A stretch of 64,000 bases of DNA from Myxococcales bacterium. Lineage in GTDB: Bacteria; Myxococcota_A; Polyangia; Nannocystales; Nannocystaceae. The notes beneath the pieces were generated by a model. It was not told where the DNA came from and ran no database searches. It saw only the letters and a program-made list of their open reading frames with translations. A program made the translations under genes and the position numbers. The stretch is taken from assembly GCA_020633295.1 (NCBI GenBank), contig JACKDW010000001.1:1213828-1277827 (forward strand), given 5' to 3'. Positions 62,719 through 64,000 of the stretch are shown here, one piece after another. Numbering within the stretch: position 1 is the first letter of the stretch; the number at the start of each line of letters is the position of its first letter.

Positions 62719-64000
62719 TTACGTGATGCGCTCTCCGGGCCGCGCGCGCGGATCGAGCTCGACCACCGTCACCGCGTCATCGCTGGCCCCCGCCGCCAGG
62801 ATCATCCCCTCGCTGACCCCGAACTTCATGGTCCGCGGCTTGAGGTTGGCGAACACGGCCACGCGCTTGCCAACGAGGGCCGCGGGATCCGGGTAGCTCT
62901 TGGCGATCCCGCTGAAGATGGTTCGTTTGCCCAGCGGCCCGAGGTCGACCGTCAGCTGCAGCAGCTTGCGAGCCCCTTTCACGCCCGTGCACTCGAGCAC
63001 GCTGCCCACGCGCAGATCGACCGGGCCGAAGGCCTCGATCCCAACCTCGTCCGACAGCGCCTCGACCTCGTAGTCGTGGCTGGTCGCGGCCGGGTCCTCG
63101 GCCGACTCGGCCGCCGCCTGCTGCCGACCGGCCTCGATGATCGCGTCGAGCGTCTTCGTCTGCACCCGCTCGGCCAGGGTCTCGTAGGCGCCGAGCACCG
63201 TCTCGGGCGGGATCGGATCGGCCGCGTTGGCGAAGGTCATCGGCGCCTCGAGCTTGAGCATGCGCTCCATCTTCTCGGCCCAGCTGGGGATGACGGGCTT
63301 GAGGATCGCCGCGATCAGCTTGCTGGCGTAGACCGCCGCCGCGTTGACCGCACGGGCCCGCTCCGGGTCCGACTTGGTCAGCTTCCAGGGCGCCGCCTCG
63401 GTCATGTAGACGTTGAGGTCGTCGGCGATCTCCATGGCCACGCGCAGCGCCTTGCCCGACTCGAACTCGGCGTACAGCGCCGGCGCCTCGGCGAAGCGCT
63501 CGCGGGCCCGCTCGAGCAGCGGCGCGGCGTCCTCGGCCGGCGCGCCCAGGCGACCGCCGAGCCGCCCGACGATGAACTTGATCGAGCGGCTCGCGAGGTT
63601 CGCAAGCTTGTTGACCAGGTCGGCGTTCACCCGGTTGGCGAAGTCCTCCATGTTGAGGTCGAGGTCATTCTGGTCGGCGCCGAGCTTGGCCGCGAGGTAG
63701 TAGCGCAGGTAGTCCGGGCTCAGGTGGTCGAGGTAGGTGCGGGCCAGGATGAAGGTCCCGCGCGACTTCGACATCTTGGTGCCGTTGACCATCAGCCAGC
63801 CGTGCACCTGCACGCGCGACGGCGGCGTGTAGCCGGCGCCGTGCAGCATGGCCGGCCAGAACACGCAGTGGAAGTACTGGATGTCCTTGCCGATCACGTG
63901 GACGATCTCGGTGTCGCCGCCCTCGTTCTTCCAGTAGCTGTCGAAGTCGCGGCCGTTGTCCCGACACCACTTCTCGGTCGCGCCGATGTAGCCGATCGGC
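62719..64000 (-). CDS. metG: Methionyl-tRNA synthetase, C-terminal two-thirds (5' end beyond the window)
   Basis: The frame stays open to the window edge. ...EIVHVIGKDIQYFHCVFWPAMLHGAGY, KMSKSRGTF, and the C-terminal tRNA-binding (EMAP/Trbp111-like) domain VDLRVGSVLECTGVKGARKLLQLTVDLGPLGKRTIFSGIAKSYPDPAALVGKRVAVFANLKPRTMKFGVSEGMILAA closely parallel E. coli MetG. Confidence 0.95.
   Translation of the reverse strand, partial: PIGYIGATEKWCRDNGRDFDSYWKNEGGDTEIVHVIGKDIQYFHCVFWPAMLHGAGYTPPSRVQVHGWLMVNGTKMSKSRGTFILARTYLDHLSPDYLRYYLAAKLGADQNDLDLNMEDFANRVNADLVNKLANLASRSIKFIVGRLGGRLGAPAEDAAPLLERARERFAEAPALYAEFESGKALRVAMEIADDLNVYMTEAAPWKLTKSDPERARAVNAAAVYASKLIAAILKPVIPSWAEKMERMLKLEAPMTFANAADPIPPETVLGAYETLAERVQTKTLDAIIEAGRQQAAAESAEDPAATSHDYEVEALSDEVGIEAFGPVDLRVGSVLECTGVKGARKLLQLTVDLGPLGKRTIFSGIAKSYPDPAALVGKRVAVFANLKPRTMKFGVSEGMILAAGASDDAVTVVELDPRARPGERIT

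Overview
This is a very high-GC (about 70%) chromosomal window that looks myxobacterial: it has Ser/Thr kinases, a MYXO-CTERM-type protein with Myxococcus Cys-rich repeats, and many lipoproteins. I support about 50 protein-coding genes from sequence and motif recognition. Those I recognise are sthA, serS, ddl, trpS, thrB, etfB and etfA, rnr, htpG, pfkA and the 3' end of metG. The others include a giant kinase-NTPase regulator, a second TPR kinase, an ECF sigma factor, an HU-family protein, a FadL-family outer-membrane protein, a DsbA-like lipoprotein and an ABC1/UbiB kinase. I found no tRNA, rRNA, CRISPR array, transposase or integrase, and no prophage or insertion-sequence signature. Many of the long ORFs in the six-frame track are antisense artefacts of the GC bias and I rejected them.

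The signals I would follow up first:
- Two direct copies of a roughly 150-225 bp non-coding element lie 2.9 kb apart and bracket sthA plus an acidic hypothetical gene. Their flanks and hairpin loop are conserved, but the 21-22 bp central stem is completely different in sequence and perfectly base-paired in each copy. Copy 2 is followed 40 bp later by an intrinsic terminator. This is the pattern of a structured RNA, or of a hairpin-bearing miniature mobile element. I cannot assign it to a known family.
- A tightly overlapping operon at 37.8-43.5 kb encodes an acyl-CoA dehydrogenase, a discrete ACP, a type III polyketide synthase, an aldehyde-dehydrogenase/crotonase fusion and an SDR reductase. 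It looks like a small cryptic lipid or polyketide pathway in which the type III PKS is fed by its own ACP.
- Two genes are split by frameshifts that sit exactly in short GC-rich simple-sequence repeats. The giant kinase is shifted in a (GC)7-8 tract and the ALDH-ECH gene in a (CGCGG)3 tract. In each case a one-unit change restores the frame. Other simple repeats are an 11-C run inside an unannotated 45-aa basic ORF and a (GCGCC)5 tract upstream of the ACP gene. Further coding tandem repeats are (SHAS)n, (DLES)5 and a lower-GC (KKKST)6 tract.
- A MYXO-CTERM Cys-rich protein is translationally coupled to an outer-membrane beta-barrel gene.
- A 60-bp tandem repeat lies in the ddl-trpS spacer.

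All functional calls are inferences from motifs I can read in the translations. No database search was run.
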